From Eledone cirrhosa (Eukaryota): a stretch of DNA of 64,000 nucleotides. Under the pieces are notes generated by a model, which saw nothing but the letters and a program-made list of their open reading frames with translations, was not told the DNA's origin and did no database searches. Location of the stretch: NCBI GenBank assembly GCA_964016885.1, contig OZ024760.1, positions 7,998,001-8,062,000 of the forward strand. The letters run 5' to 3'. Made by a program: the position numbers and the translations under genes. Shown one piece after another: positions 1 through 12,896 of the stretch (the stretch's first letter is position 1; each line of letters starts with the position of its first letter).

Positions 1-118
1 CGCTGTAGTGACATATGGCATTTCTAGGGTATTGTTGTGTGAGAGTACAACGCCCTCCCCTGGCGAGAATGGGCTAGACCACTACTTATAAATAGTAGTG
101 GCCTGAGTAAGTAGGCAA

Positions 119-1248
119 GTTGGTACTAGTTCCACAGTTTTTGTGTTGATAGTCAAAGTTGGTACTAGTTCCTCAGTTGGTGTGTTGATAGTCAAAGTTG
201 GTACTAGTTCCACAGTTGGTGTGTTGATAGTCAAAGTTGGTACTAGTTCCTCAGTTGGTGTGTTGATAGTCAAAGTTGGTACTGGTTCCACAGTTCTTGT
301 GTTGATAGTCAAAGTTGGTACTAGTTCCACAGTTCCTGTGTTATAGTCAAAGTTGGTACTAGTTCCATAGTTTGTGTTGATAGTCAAAGTTGGTACTAGT
401 TCCACAGTTGGTGTGTTGATAGTCAAAGCTGGTACTAGTTCCACAGTTGGTGTGTTGATAGTCAAAGCTGGTACTAGTTCCACAGTTGGTGTGTTGATAG
501 TCAAAGTTGGTACTAGTTCCTCAGTTCGTGTGTTATAGTCAAAGTTGGTACTAGTTCCACAGTTGGTGTGTTGATAGTCAAAGCTGGTACTAGTTCCACA
601 GTTGGTGTGTTGATAGTCAAAGTTGGTACTAGTTCCACAGTTCGTGTGTTGATAGTCAAAGTTGGTACTAGTTCCACAGTTGATGTGTTGATAGTCAAAG
701 TTGGTACTAGTTCCACAGTTCGTGTGTTGATAGTCAAAGTTGGTACTAGTTCCACAGTTGATGTGTTGATAGTCAAAGTTGGTACTAGTTCCACAGTTCG
801 TGTGTTGATAGTCAAAGTTGGTACTAGTTCCACAGTTGATGTGTTGATAGTCAAAGTTGGTACTAGTTCCTCAGTTCGTGTGTTGATAGTCAAAGTTGGT
901 ACTAGTTCCTCAGTTCGTGTGTTGATAGTCAAAGTTGGTACTAGTTCCACAGTTCGTGTGTTGATAGTCAAAGTTGGTACTAGTTCCTCAGTTCGTGTGT
1001 TGATAGTCAAAGTTGGTACTAGTTCCACAGTTGATGTGTTGATAGTCAAAGTTGGTACTAGTTCCTCAGTTCGTGTGTTGATAGTCAAAGTTGGTACTAG
1101 TTCCACAGTTCGTGTGTTGATAGTCAAAGTTGGTACTAGTTCCACAGTTCGTGTGTTGATAGTCAAAGTTGGTACTAGTTCCATAGTTTGTGTTGATAGT
1201 CAAAGTTGGTACTAGTTCCACAGTTGGTGTGTTGGTAGTCAAAGTTGG
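119..1248. repeat. 39-bp minisatellite
   Basis: GTTGGTACTAGTTCCACAGTTGGTGTGTTGATAGTCAAA repeated. Confidence 0.97.
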
Positions 1249-2835
1249 AGTTCAAGTTCAGTTTGAGTTAGCACGTTAGATTGTTGGTTCTTAAAAGATT
1301 GTTGTTTCGTCACGTGTGGTTATTTCCATGTGGTTATTTCCATGTGGTTATTTCCATATGGTTATTTCCATGTGGTTATTTCCGTTTGTTGTATTTACAT
1401 ACAATGTTTCAAGGTCGTTTGTTTATTTAAAAACCTGGTGGAGCCCATCTCTTCTCCAGGCCCAACTACAGCAGATTTCTTCCAGAGAAGGATAGAAAAG
1501 GAGAAAGGGATATAGATGAATATTAGTGGTTAGAGCATTGGCCTTGCAATCGAAAGGTTGTGAGTTCAATTCTCAGACTGGGTGATGTGTTGTTTCCTTG
1601 AGCAAGACACTTTATTTCACATTGCTCCAGTTTACTCAGTTGTAGAAATGAGATAAGGACTGGGGTCCCTATCATTCCACTGTGAAGTGGTCGTGGAGGT
1701 GCCACGGCAAAAAAGCACCCAGCACTCACTGTAAATGAGGTTGGTGTTAGGAAGGGCATCCAGCTGTAGAAATCAAGCCAAAATCAGTTCCCGTCCCACC
1801 CTTGCAAGCAGGGAAAAAGCGGACGTAAAATGAAATGATGATGATGATGAATCGATCCCAGTACTTGACTGGTACTTCTTTTTATCAATCTCGAACAAAT
1901 GAAAGGCGATGTTGACCGTGGCGGGATTTGAACTCAGAGAGCAGAGAGATGAAACGAATACCACAAAGCATTCTATCCGACGTTCTAACGACTCTAATTT
2001 TATGCCCTATATAAACATTTACACATATTTATTTCTCTTGCTTGACCTCTTATCATAATCATTATTTTAATCTCTAGAGGCGGTGGATTGGCAGTATCGG
2101 TAGAGGGTCGGATGCCATGCTTTCCAGCATAGTTACGTCCCTTAACGATCTGATCTGAGTTCAAATCCCGCTGAGGTTGACTTTGCCTTTCATCCTTACG
2201 GGGTCGATAAAATAAAGTACCAGTAATGCACTGGGATAATTGCTGGCCTTGTGCCAAAAAGTAGAAACAATTATTTTAATCTCTAGAATCAGTAGAGCAT
2301 TGGACATCATGCTTTGCAGCAGATAGCTACAGACCTTTATGTTCTGTGTTTAAATCCCTTACGGGATCAATAAAATACCAGTAATCTACTTGGGTTGATT
2401 TAATCAACTACTCCCTCTTCCCTTCAAATTGCTGGCCTTAAGCCAAATGTAGAAACAATTATTTTACCCTATAGAATCGGTTGAGCATTGGACAAAATGC
2501 TTTGCTCTATTTAGTTATGACTTTCTCCATTTTCAGTTGAACTTTGCCTTTCATCCCTCCAGGCTTGATAAAATAAAGTACCAGCAACACACTGGGGTTG
2601 ATGTAATCCACTTTCCCCTTCAGCCCAAATTGTTGGCTTTGTACTTAAGTCAAAAATTATTATTATTATATTGGCAGTTATCTGTAGAATGTTGTACAAC
2701 ATGCTTTACAGCATAGAGTTACTGCCCTTTACTTTCTGAGTTCAACCTCTTCAGTGGCGTAGACAAGATAACTCGTGCTAACACGTATGCATTCCAGTAC
2801 CACGGATGAGATAACTTGTCCTAATATGTGTGAAG

Positions 2836-2971
2836 TCATTTCCAACAGTCCATAACTTCAAAGTTATGAACTCATTTCCAACAGTTATTACTTCAAAGTT
2901 ATAAACTCGTTTCCAACAGTTCATAACTTTAAAGTTATGAACTCATTTCCAACAGTTCATAACTTCAAAGC
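2836..2971. repeat. 35-36 bp tandem repeat, about 4 copies
   Basis: TCATTTCCAACAGTTCATAACTTCAAAGTTATGAAC with an internal dyad. Confidence 0.85.
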
Positions 2972-3311
2972 TAGATGGCGTTACTAGTTTATTGATGTAA
3001 CATTTGTCAATCATTCAGATATGTGTTATTAATAAATGTTTGTTTAAAAAAATAGTCATGTTTCTGAAAAAAAACCTGGCACAGCAACTGTAGCTGTGTA
3101 AAATTTACACAGCAGTCAACAGGTTAAATCCAGCTGAAAGGATGAAAGGCAAATTTTGCCTTTCATCCTTCCATGGTCAATAAAATAAAGTACCAGATAT
3201 ATACTGGGTGTTATATCATCGATTCTCACCATTCAAACCCACCCACCCCAATTGCTGGTCTTGTGCCAATGTTAGAAAGAATTATTTGATTTTATTCTTC
3301 TTTTTCTCTAG

Positions 3312-3367
3312 GTCATTCCTGTCGTCAGCCGCGCCCAACTGATAAATGATGCATGGAGTTTAGCAAA
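3312..3367 (+). CDS. M1 aminopeptidase (aminopeptidase N-like), internal exon; 5' part of gene lies outside the window
   Basis: tctctag acceptor, VIPVVSRAQLINDAWSLAK (typical RAQLIxDA motif of the ERAP1-C region), gtgagg donor, phase 2. Confidence 0.9.
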
Positions 3368-4510
3368 GTGAGGCAACACAATTGTATCATTGCATGTATT
3401 TCTTAACACACCAAGCTCACTCTCTCTCTCACCCTTTCTGACCCACCTTCTCTCTCTTTGACCTACACTCTCTCCCCCATCCCTTCAGCATAACACATTA
3501 ACACACTAATCTCTCTCTCCCTCTCTTTCTCTGACCAACCCTTCACCATTAACACACCAATCTTTCTCTCTCTGATCCAACCCTTCACCATGACATATTG
3601 TTAACACATCAAACTCTTTCACAAAGACACCAGCACTATCACCTCACATGGTGGATTGTGTGTTTTTATTTGTGGTATCAGCACTACCACCTTACAGAGA
3701 GGACTGGGTGTTTTTTGTCATGGCACTATAACGACTGCCTCACATGGTGGACTGGGGGCTTTTTGTTGTAACACCAGTATGACCAACTCACAGAGTAGAC
3801 TGGGTATTTTTTGTCATGGCACTACCACTACCATTTTATGGGGTAGACTGGGGGATTTTTGTCATAACACCAGTACTACCATTTTACATGGTTGACTGGG
3901 TGCTTATTATTGTAACACTAGTGTGACCACCTCACAGGGTGGACAGGGTACTTCTTGTCATGGCGTCAGCACTACCACCTTATAGGGTGGACTGAGTGTT
4001 TTTTGTCATGGCACTATATGTTAATATTATAAGCAGGCCATACAACATCACTTGTAAATCTTCATCATAGGCCTTCACTGAACTATGCCATCTTTGCCAA
4101 TCCTGAGCCATTCATGGTCAAAATGTTTCAATTTTCTCATGGTTGTCTCATCACCTGGACTTCTGGTTGCCTAGGGTGTTTGTGTGATCTTGTGGTGGTC
4201 CAAAAACTGATGCGGATGGTCCATCTGTTGTCAGTGATTCTGGCAAAGTACTTCGCCTACTTCCATTAGGCTTTACTAATGATTTCTAGGATGTTGCCTA
4301 CAGATCAGAAACCTGGACCTAACAAAACAGCAACTCTAAAGATACACACAATGCAAAGAGCCCATGAAAGGATCATGTTAAACATCACATGGTGAGATTA
4401 AAATACCACCGAATGGATTGAGAAAAAACAAAAGTTTGTGACATGTTACTTGTAAATAAATATTGAGAAATATTTCATCTATGTATGTCTTCCATTTCGG
4501 ACATTTTCAG

Positions 4511-4658
4511 AGCTGGTATGTTGCCTCAGGAAATCACCTTCAAACTACTGGAATATCTGAATAATGAACAAGAAGATATTCCTTTGCTAGCCACTTATAC
4601 TGAAACATCATACCTCAAGAATATCTTGAGAAATAAACCTATCTATGGCTTATACGAG
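4511..4658 (+). CDS. M1 aminopeptidase exon
   Basis: ttttcag acceptor; AGMLPQEITFKLLEYLNNEQEDIPLLATYTETSYLKNILRNKPIYGLYE; gtaatc donor; phase matches previous exon. Confidence 0.9.
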
Positions 4659-4724
4659 GTAATCTCTTTAAGTATTTTATAAGATGCATTTTAGATGGAG
4701 TGTTTGTAATATGAGTGTGTGTAT

Positions 4725-4761
<37 letters not shown>

Positions 4762-5463
4762 AAAGTTCTATTTAAATTGTTGGGATACAACAAGCAAATA
4801 TTTTTATAACTGATATAAAGCACTCAACAAGTATTTGGAGTAAACATACAATATTAACATATGGAAACTATATTTATAAAACCATATTTATTTTATTATA
4901 CATATTTCAAGGACACCACGTAAAATTATGGTGTGCTATCATCAGACAAAATACAATATAGATCAGTTTTATAAATAAATATTGACATACCCTTAAAAAA
5001 TGCAACCATTACTGTTGGAAGCTCCCGGATAGTGAGCTTTATGTGATATATATATATATCATATAAAACACACTCACTGTTTGGTTTGGATTGGTTTTAG
5101 CTTCTGTATCTTTTATACTTCCATAGTTAATTTATCTGGCAATCAATGTTTATTATTGATTGACAAATGGTTAAAAATACAGATATATATATATATATAT
5201 GTAAGGGAGTGTGTATATATATATATATCATTATCAGCGTTTTATGTCCATTCTTCCAAGCTAGCATCGGTTAGACAAGTTGTCCTGTTGTGGGCTATGC
5301 CAGATCAGGTGACCAAGTCTTGCTCATACAGAACTGATTTTGGCTTGATTTCTACAGCTGGATGCCCTTCCTAACACCAACCTCATTTACAGTGAGTACT
5401 GGGTGCTTTTTTGTCGTGACACCTATATGTGTGTGTATATATATACATATATGTATGTATGTG

Positions 5464-5569
<106 letters not shown>

Positions 5570-5596
5570 TATGTAATGGAGGCATATATATATAAT

Positions 5597-5907
5597 GGAG
5601 GCACATGGCTTAGTGGTTAGAACATTGGCCTTGCAATCGAAAGGTTGTGAGTTCAATTCTCGGACTGGGTAATGTGTTGTTTCCTTGAGCAAGGCACTTT
5701 ATTTCACATTGCTCCAGTTTACTCAGCTGTAGAAATGAGATGATAGGGACTGGGGTCCCTATCATTCCACTGCAAAGTCGTCGTGGAGGTGCCACGGCAA
5801 AAAAGCACCCACCACTCACTGTAAATGAGGTTGGTGTTAGGAAGGGCATCCAGCTGTAGAAATCAAGCCAGAATCAGTTCCCGTCCCACCCTTGCAAGCA
5901 GGGAAAA
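5597..5907 (+). mobile_element. tRNA-derived SINE family A (copies at 1522-1849 +, 9260-9605 -, 31397-31731 -, 43742-43963 +, and head fragments)
   Basis: A box TGGCTTAGTGG, B box GTTCAATTC, CORE-like CCTTGAGCAAGRCACTT, 3' tail shared with the RTE LINE. Confidence 0.85.
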
Positions 5908-5963
5908 GTGGCACCTCCACGACCACTTTGCAGTGGAATGATAGGGACACCAGTATGTGTGTA

Positions 5964-5994
<31 letters not shown>

Positions 5995-6205
5995 GTGTGT
6001 GTACATATATATATATTATATATATGTACAACCCATGTTAGCGTGGAAGATGGATATTAAACAATGACAATGATGATGATGATGATGATATCATATATTA
6101 TTCTATATACAAAATTTACATCCTTATATACACACAGTTATGGTGGAGCAAACACCTTAATTCCATATATATTTTACTGAGATAAACCTATTTCTTTCTT
6201 TACAG

Positions 6206-6264
6206 GATTTCATGAGAAAGAAGCTGAAAAACACCTTTAACACTTTGAGCAACAACAAAGGAGA
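6206..6264 (+). CDS. M1 aminopeptidase exon
   Basis: ctttacag acceptor; DFMRKKLKNTFNTLSNNKG; GA|gtatgt donor chosen because it keeps frame with the next exon. Confidence 0.75.
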
Positions 6265-6685
6265 GTATGTATGACAAAGATGGCGTGGGACAGTCCTTCT
6301 GATATCTAATCAATAATCATTAATATTAGTTTATTATCGGCTGTGTGGTTAATGAATTCACTTTACAATCAGTTGGGTGTGTGTCTGACTTCTCTCTTAT
6401 GGTACCTCAGGTATGTGTGATCATGTGGCAGTCCCAAACGTGACATGGGTGGTCCATCTGTTGTCAGTCATCTGTTGTCAGTAATGTATGCCTCCTACTT
6501 CCATTAGGCTTTACTAATGATTTCTAGGATGTAGCCTACAGATCAGAAGCCTAGAACCTAACAAAACAGCAACTCTAAAGATACACACAATGCAAAGAGC
6601 CCATGAAAGGATCATGTTAAACATCACATGGTGAGATTAAAATACCACCGAATGGATCTGAGAAAAAAACAAAAGTTTGTGACAA

Positions 6686-7683
6686 GGTACCTTGGGTATG
6701 TACCCGTCATGTCTCTCACAGTACCTTGGGTATGTGTCAGTCATGTCTCTCACGGTACCTTGGGTATGTACCCGTCATGTCTCTCACAGTACCTTGGGTA
6801 TGTGCCCGTCATGTCTCTCATGGTACCTTGGGTATGTACCCGTCATGTCTCTCACGGTACCTTGGGTATGTACCCGTCATGTCTCTCACAGTACCTTGGG
6901 TATGTGCCCGTCATGTCTCTCACGGTACCTTGGGTATATACCCGTCATGTCTCTCACGGTACCTTGGGTATATACCCGTCATGTCTCTCACAGTACCTTG
7001 GGTATGTGTCCGTCATGTCTCTCATGGTACCTTGGCTATGTGTCCATCATGTCTCTCACGGTACCTTGGCTATGTGTCCGTCATGTCTCTCATGGTACCT
7101 TGGGTATGTGTCCGTCATGTCTCTCATGGTACCTTGGGTATGTGTCCGTCATGTCTCTCACGGTACCTTGGGTATGTGTCCGTCATGTCTCTCATGGTAC
7201 CTTGGGTATGTGTCCGTCATGTCTCTCATGGTACCTTGGGTATGTGTCCGTCATGTCTCTCATGGTACCTTGGGTATGTGTCTGTCATGTCTCTCACAGT
7301 ACCTTGGGTATGTGTCCGTCATGTCTCTCACAGTACCTTGAGTATGTACCCGTCATGTCTCTCATGGTACCTTGGGTATGTGCCCGTCATGTCTCTCACA
7401 GTACCTTGGGTATGTGTCTGTCATGTCTCTCACAGTACCTTGGGTATGTGTCTGTCATGTCTCTCACAGTACCTTGGGTATGTGTCCGTCATGTCTCTCA
7501 TAGTACCTTGGGTATGTGTCCGTCATGTCTCTCACAGTACCTTGGGTATGTGTCTGTCATGTCTCTCACAGTACCTTGGGTATGTGTCCGTCATGTCTCT
7601 CATGGTACCTTGGGTATGTGTCCATCATGTCTCTCACAGTACCTTGGGTATGTGTCTTCTCTCTCATGGTACCTTGGGTATGT
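6686..7683. repeat. 34-bp minisatellite
   Basis: GGTACCTTGGGTATGTGTCCGTCATGTCTCTCAC repeated. Confidence 0.97.
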
Positions 7684-8120
7684 AGAATGATAATTAAAAA
7701 ATACAATGTACAGACTTTATATCCTCCACCTGACATTTGTAGTTTAAACCTATATATTTATTATTTTTTTATACTGAGGTGTGTCTTATAAACCATGAAA
7801 TAATTGCTTCTACTTTTGGCACAAGGCCAGCAATTACCCAGTGCATTACTGGTACTTTATTTTATCGACCCCGTAAGGATGAAAGGCAAAGTTAACCTCG
7901 ACGGGATTTGAACGCAGAATGGCAAGGGCCGTAACTCTATGTATCAAAGCATGGCGTCTGACCCTCTACCGATACTGCCAATCCACCGCCAATGTATTTA
8001 AGAAAGCCGGTGCAATGCAGTAGAAGTATAAGGAGTAAAGGATGACTCTGCCCTTCATAGATTTCTACCACATTGTACAAGCTTTCTGAAACTTATTAGT
8101 CATTCATTACATATCTCACG

Positions 8121-8163
<43 letters not shown>

Positions 8164-8628
8164 TTTGAGTCTCAGTCATTGATGTTAGTTAACTGGAAAG
8201 TTTGTTGAAATGAAGATCAAGCCACTACCTGCAGCCTCAGATATTCAGGACGTATCGGAGGGTTCTTGCTGTTCCCAGCAAGCATGCCCTTTGAAGCGTT
8301 CCAAAAAGCGTGAAGGGGCCAATTTTCTTTAACCATCCCTTGAAACTTTTTGAGATAGTCCCTAGTGCGCCTATGACAATCGGGACCACTTTGACTTCAT
8401 GGCAGTTCCAAATCCTTTTTACCTCCCACTTTAAGTCCTGGTATCAGTTAATTTTCTCCCTCTCCTTCTCTTGCACTCTCGTGTCGAATGGGCAGGCCAC
8501 ATCCACAATCAGGCACAATCTTTTTACTTTGTCCACAACCACCAGGTCAGGTCTATTGTGTTCCAGTTTCTTGTCCGTCTGTATCCTAAAACCCCACAGC
8601 ACCTTCACCTGATCGTTTTCTATATTCT
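8121..8628 (-). mobile_element. 3' end of an RLE-type non-LTR retrotransposon (R4/Dong/NeSL-like)
   Basis: LWGFRIQTDKKLEHNRPDLVVVDK..CLIVDVACPFD..EKEREKI, in-frame stop, VVPIVIGALG; (TAA)n tail. Confidence 0.85.
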
Positions 8629-8944
8629 TCTTCTTCTTCTTCTTCTTCTTCGTCATCGTCATCATCATCATCATCATCATCGTCGTCATCGTCATCATCA
8701 CTATCCATTTAACATCTAATTTTCTACACTTGCATGGGTTAGACAGGTCGTCCAAGTTATGAGGCAAGTCTGGCCATTTGGCCATGACGTACTTTTGCTT
8801 ACAGCTGGATGCCCTTCATAACACCAACCACCTTTACAGTGTGGAACTGGGTGTTCCCGTTAAAAGGGTCTGTCCAGTTGGCCACGCCATACCTTGCCCT
8901 ATTTCATTCTATATTCTATATTGTATATGTTTTTCATCTTCCAG

Positions 8945-9064
8945 TGTAGTCTATACAACAGTGTTTGACTTTGCATGTGCCTATGGACTTCCAGAATGTA
9001 TTGAAGAAGCTAATCAGTTGTTCATTGATTGGCAGAAAAACATCCGAGAAAGACTGCCAAACCC
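8945..9064 (+). CDS. M1 aminopeptidase exon
   Basis: cttccag acceptor; VVYTTVFDFACAYGLPECIEEANQLFIDWQKNIRERLPNP; gtaagt donor. Confidence 0.9.
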
Positions 9065-9602
9065 GTAAGTATTATACTGTAGCAGGAGTTGCCTCCCTTG
9101 TTGTGACACTCACATCACCAATAGATTAACACTCTCTAGATAGGAACTAATCTCCTAAAATACTTATATATATATATACATATATATAACCCATTCTACT
9201 AGCCCAAGTATCAAGGACCCTGGTGAGTAATGGTCTAACTGGTTCTTACTGCATATATATCATCATCATTTCATTTCATTTTACGTCTGCTTTTTCCCTG
9301 CTTGCAAGGGTGGGACGGGAACTGATTCTGGCTTGATTTCTACAGCTGGATGCCCTTCCTAACACCAACCTCTTTAACAGTGAGTGCTGGGTGCTTTTTT
9401 TTTCCGTGGCACCTCCACGACCACATTGCAGTAGAATGATAGGGACCACAGTCCCTATCATCTCATTTCTACAGCTGAGTAAACTGGAGCAATGTGAAAT
9501 AAAGTGTCTTGCTCAAGGAAACAACACATCACCCGGTCTGAGAATTGAACTCACAACCTTTTGATTGCAAGGCCAATGCTCTAACCACTAAGCCATGTGC
9601 CT

Positions 9603-9682
<80 letters not shown>

Positions 9683-9803
9683 TCATCATTTTACGTCCGC
9701 CTTTTCCCTGCTTGCAAGGGTTGGATGGATCCTATTCAGCACAGCATCTCTCCACTTGCCTCGGTCCTTCGCCATCTCCTCGGTAATATATATATATATA
9801 CAT

Positions 9804-9837
<34 letters not shown>

Positions 9838-9909
9838 TGATATATATACACATATATATCATCCCACCCTTGCAGGCAGGGAAAATTGGACGTATGATGA
9901 TGATGATAT

Positions 9910-9995
<86 letters not shown>

Positions 9996-10041
9996 AAATA
10001 AGTCCCTCATCAGAGATTTGCCGAAGATCATAGATATTTTA

Positions 10042-10106
<65 letters not shown>

Positions 10107-10108
10107 GA

Positions 10109-10170
<62 letters not shown>

Positions 10171-10706
10171 TTTATATATATATACATATATATATATACA
10201 TATATATATATACACACATTTATATATATATACATATATATATAAACATATATATATATACATATATATATATACATAAACTCTGTCACATATTGTTATT
10301 GTAAAATAAACATTGTTAACATCATAATCATGGCATTATTCTTAGTATCGGTAGAGGGTCGGACACCATGCTTTCCAGCATAGTTACGTCCCTTTACGAT
10401 CTGAGTTCAAATCCCGTCGAGGTTGACTTTGCCTTTCATCCTTACGGGGTAGATAAAATAAAGTACCAGGAATGCACTGGGTAATTGCTGGCCTTGTGCC
10501 TAAAGTAGAAACAATTATTCTTTTCATCAAACACCCGTCAAAGAATAACATTTTATCCGCTACAGATTCATGGATATGTCACTATTTATAAAACAAACTT
10601 TGTATTTTATCTGATGAGAGCATACCAAAGTTATGATACCCTTGAAATATATATAATAGAATAAATATGGTTTTATAAATATAGTTTCCATTTATTAATA
10701 TCATTG

Positions 10707-10743
<37 letters not shown>

Positions 10744-10865
10744 AAGATAGACATAGAATATTCGAAAATATTCTGTATGTTTATAATAAACATTTTGAAG
10801 ACCTAATCGCTATAGAATAGAATACGTCACGTATTACAATTAGATTCTCGATAAAAGCAAGGGAA

Positions 10866-10908
10866 GTAACCTACGCGTTTCATTCTTATTAGAAATCTTC
10901 AGGATTAC
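10866..10908 (-). ncRNA. Minimal type I hammerhead ribozyme (310-bp unit, copy 1)
   Basis: Exact reverse complement of 11529-11571. Confidence 0.85.
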
Positions 10909-11175
10909 ATATCCAGTGCTTTTATCGAGAATGACACAGCTAGAGACTTATAGAATACTTAGCTGTGTACAGGAACTGGTTTGAAAGAGCGGTTGCCGGT
11001 CCGGCAGAAATTAGAAATTGGATTAAATGCTCTGAAATAGCGATATATATGTGAAGATAGACATAGAATATTCGAAAATATTCTGTATGTTTATAATAAA
11101 CATTTTGAAGACCTAATCGCTATAGAATAGAATACGTCACGTATTACAATTAGATTCTCGATAAAAGCAAGGGAA

Positions 11176-11218
11176 GTAACCTACGCGTTTCATTCTTATT
11201 AGAAATCTTCAGGATTAC
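11176..11218 (-). ncRNA. Minimal type I hammerhead ribozyme (310-bp unit, copy 2)
   Basis: Exact reverse complement of 11529-11571, 310 bp from copy 1. Confidence 0.85.
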
Positions 11219-11528
11219 ATATCCAGTGCTTTTATCGAGAATGACACAGCTAGAGACTTATAGAATACTTAGCTGTGTACAGGAACTGGTTTGAAAGAGC
11301 GGTTGCCGGTCCGGCAGAAATTAGAAATTGGATTAAATGTTCTGAAATAGCGATATATATGTGAAGATAGACATAGAATATTCGAAAATATTCTGTATGT
11401 TTCAGAGCATTTAATCCAATTTCTAATTTCTGCCGGACCGGCAACCGCTCTTTCAAACCAGTTCCTGTACACAGCTAAGTATTCTATAAGTCTCTAGCTG
11501 TGTCATTCTCGATAAAAGCACTGGATAT

Positions 11529-11571
11529 GTAATCCTGAAGATTTCTAATAAGAATGAAACGCGTAGGTTAC
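11529..11571 (+). ncRNA. Minimal type I hammerhead ribozyme (310-bp unit, inverted copy)
   Basis: GTAATC CTGAAGA T TTCT-AATA-AGAA T GAAA CGCG TA GGTTAC; helix III palindrome ACGCGT, GUA site. Confidence 0.85.
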
Positions 11572-12002
11572 TTCCCTTGCTTTTATCGAGAATCTAATTG
11601 TAATACGTGACGTATTCTATTCTATAGCGATTAGGTCTTCAAAATGTTTATTATAAACATACAGAATATTTTCGAATATTCTATGTCTATCTTCACATAT
11701 ATATCGCTATTTCAGAGCATTTAATCCAATTTCATATATATATATATTTATTAAAATAACAGATTAAAGTTTAAGCAAAGAATCGCTGCTTTCACCCTTA
11801 ACGGGATCTTCTGAAACTCAGTTTCTGAGTTTCAGAAGATCCCGTTAAGGGTGAAAGCAGCGATTCTTTACTTAAACTTTAATCTGTTATTTTAATAAAT
11901 ATTTGCTCTACGGTTCTTATATATTTGATATATATTTATCCTTATCGAGCCCTCTTTGGATTTTAGTCTTCAAATTTATTATTACTACTATATATATATA
12001 TA

Positions 12003-12896
12003 CTAGCAGTAAAGCCCGGCGTTGCTCGGGGTCGCTCAGTAGCTGTGTTAAAGTTACAATGTTAAGTTTCTTTCTTGGCTTAAAAACTGTAGTGTCTACT
12101 GTGCAGACTTGCATGTGGTGTTTTTGATTAATATTCCCTCAACCAACAATATGCCTTATGAAGTTAAGAAAACATAACGATAACCCGAATGTTATAACAA
12201 AAGAGGATGCTGGGGATAGAAACTGCACTGGTTATTTATTAACAAAGATCGAAAATGTAAACACTGCAACGCAGAGAAAAACATTAGCGTAACCAAATTA
12301 TCAGTTATGTCTGTCTGCACGCCTATATCACCTCTCTGCACGACTGTCTGTCTGCACGCCTATATCACCTCTCTGCACGACTGTCTGTCTGCACGCCTAT
12401 ATCACCTCTCTGCACGACTGCCTGTCTGCACGCGTATATCACCTCTCTGCACGACTATCTGTCTGCACGCCTAACGACGAAATATTTGCTTGTTTTACGT
12501 AGTCTTTAAATAGACTTGTTTTCAAGTAAAAATATTGTTTTAAAATGCTTTTAAATGGAAATGAAGCAAAACGGAAGCTTAGTGTTCGAACTGTTCGTGT
12601 ATTGTGTTAATGTCATTTTAAACGCTGAGAAAGCCAGCGTAATTTTTTACGTAAGACGCTCAATATAAACAGAACAAAGGGAAATAACTGATAACTTACG
12701 CTCAAAAATCGATACATTATATTCGATTTCGTCACATAGGGTGGGTCAATTTGAAATTTTTTTTTTTTCCGATGTCTTCGCTAGGGCTCAATGTACAAGT
12801 ATAGCAATTTCGGTGCAATTCCGTGAGAGATTCTAAGAGGAGATGTGTGCCAAAAATCGATAGACAGACAGACAACCACAGTTTTATATATATAGA
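12003..12896 (-). mobile_element. Non-autonomous Helitron
   Basis: Minus strand begins TC, ends CTAG, subterminal hairpin CCCGAGC-AAC-GCCGGG, inserted between A and T; internal 37-bp minisatellite 12308-12472. Confidence 0.8.

Larger units (their letters stand above)
10741..11733. mobile_element. Retrozyme-like / Penelope pLTR-like element: 310-bp unit in about 2.1 direct copies plus one inverted copy
   Basis: Units start at 10741, 11051 and 11361; inverted copy 11401-11733; one HHR per unit; flanked by (AT)n. Confidence 0.75.

Noticed and set aside
82-1215. Repetitive ORFs (TINTPTVELVP) resembling a mucin or antifreeze protein
   Set aside because: 39-bp minisatellite with frame-breaking indels and no splice signals; probably intronic to the aminopeptidase gene
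2836-2971. 36-bp dyad-containing repeats resembling a CRISPR array
   Set aside because: Units are contiguous with no unique spacers; eukaryotic context; no cas genes
5597-5670. tRNA gene
   Set aside because: A and B boxes present but no convincing cloverleaf; continues into a SINE body found in many copies
10001-10030. CTGATGA on the minus strand as a hammerhead
   Set aside because: Truncated by a TA tract; no helix II 3' strand or GAAA
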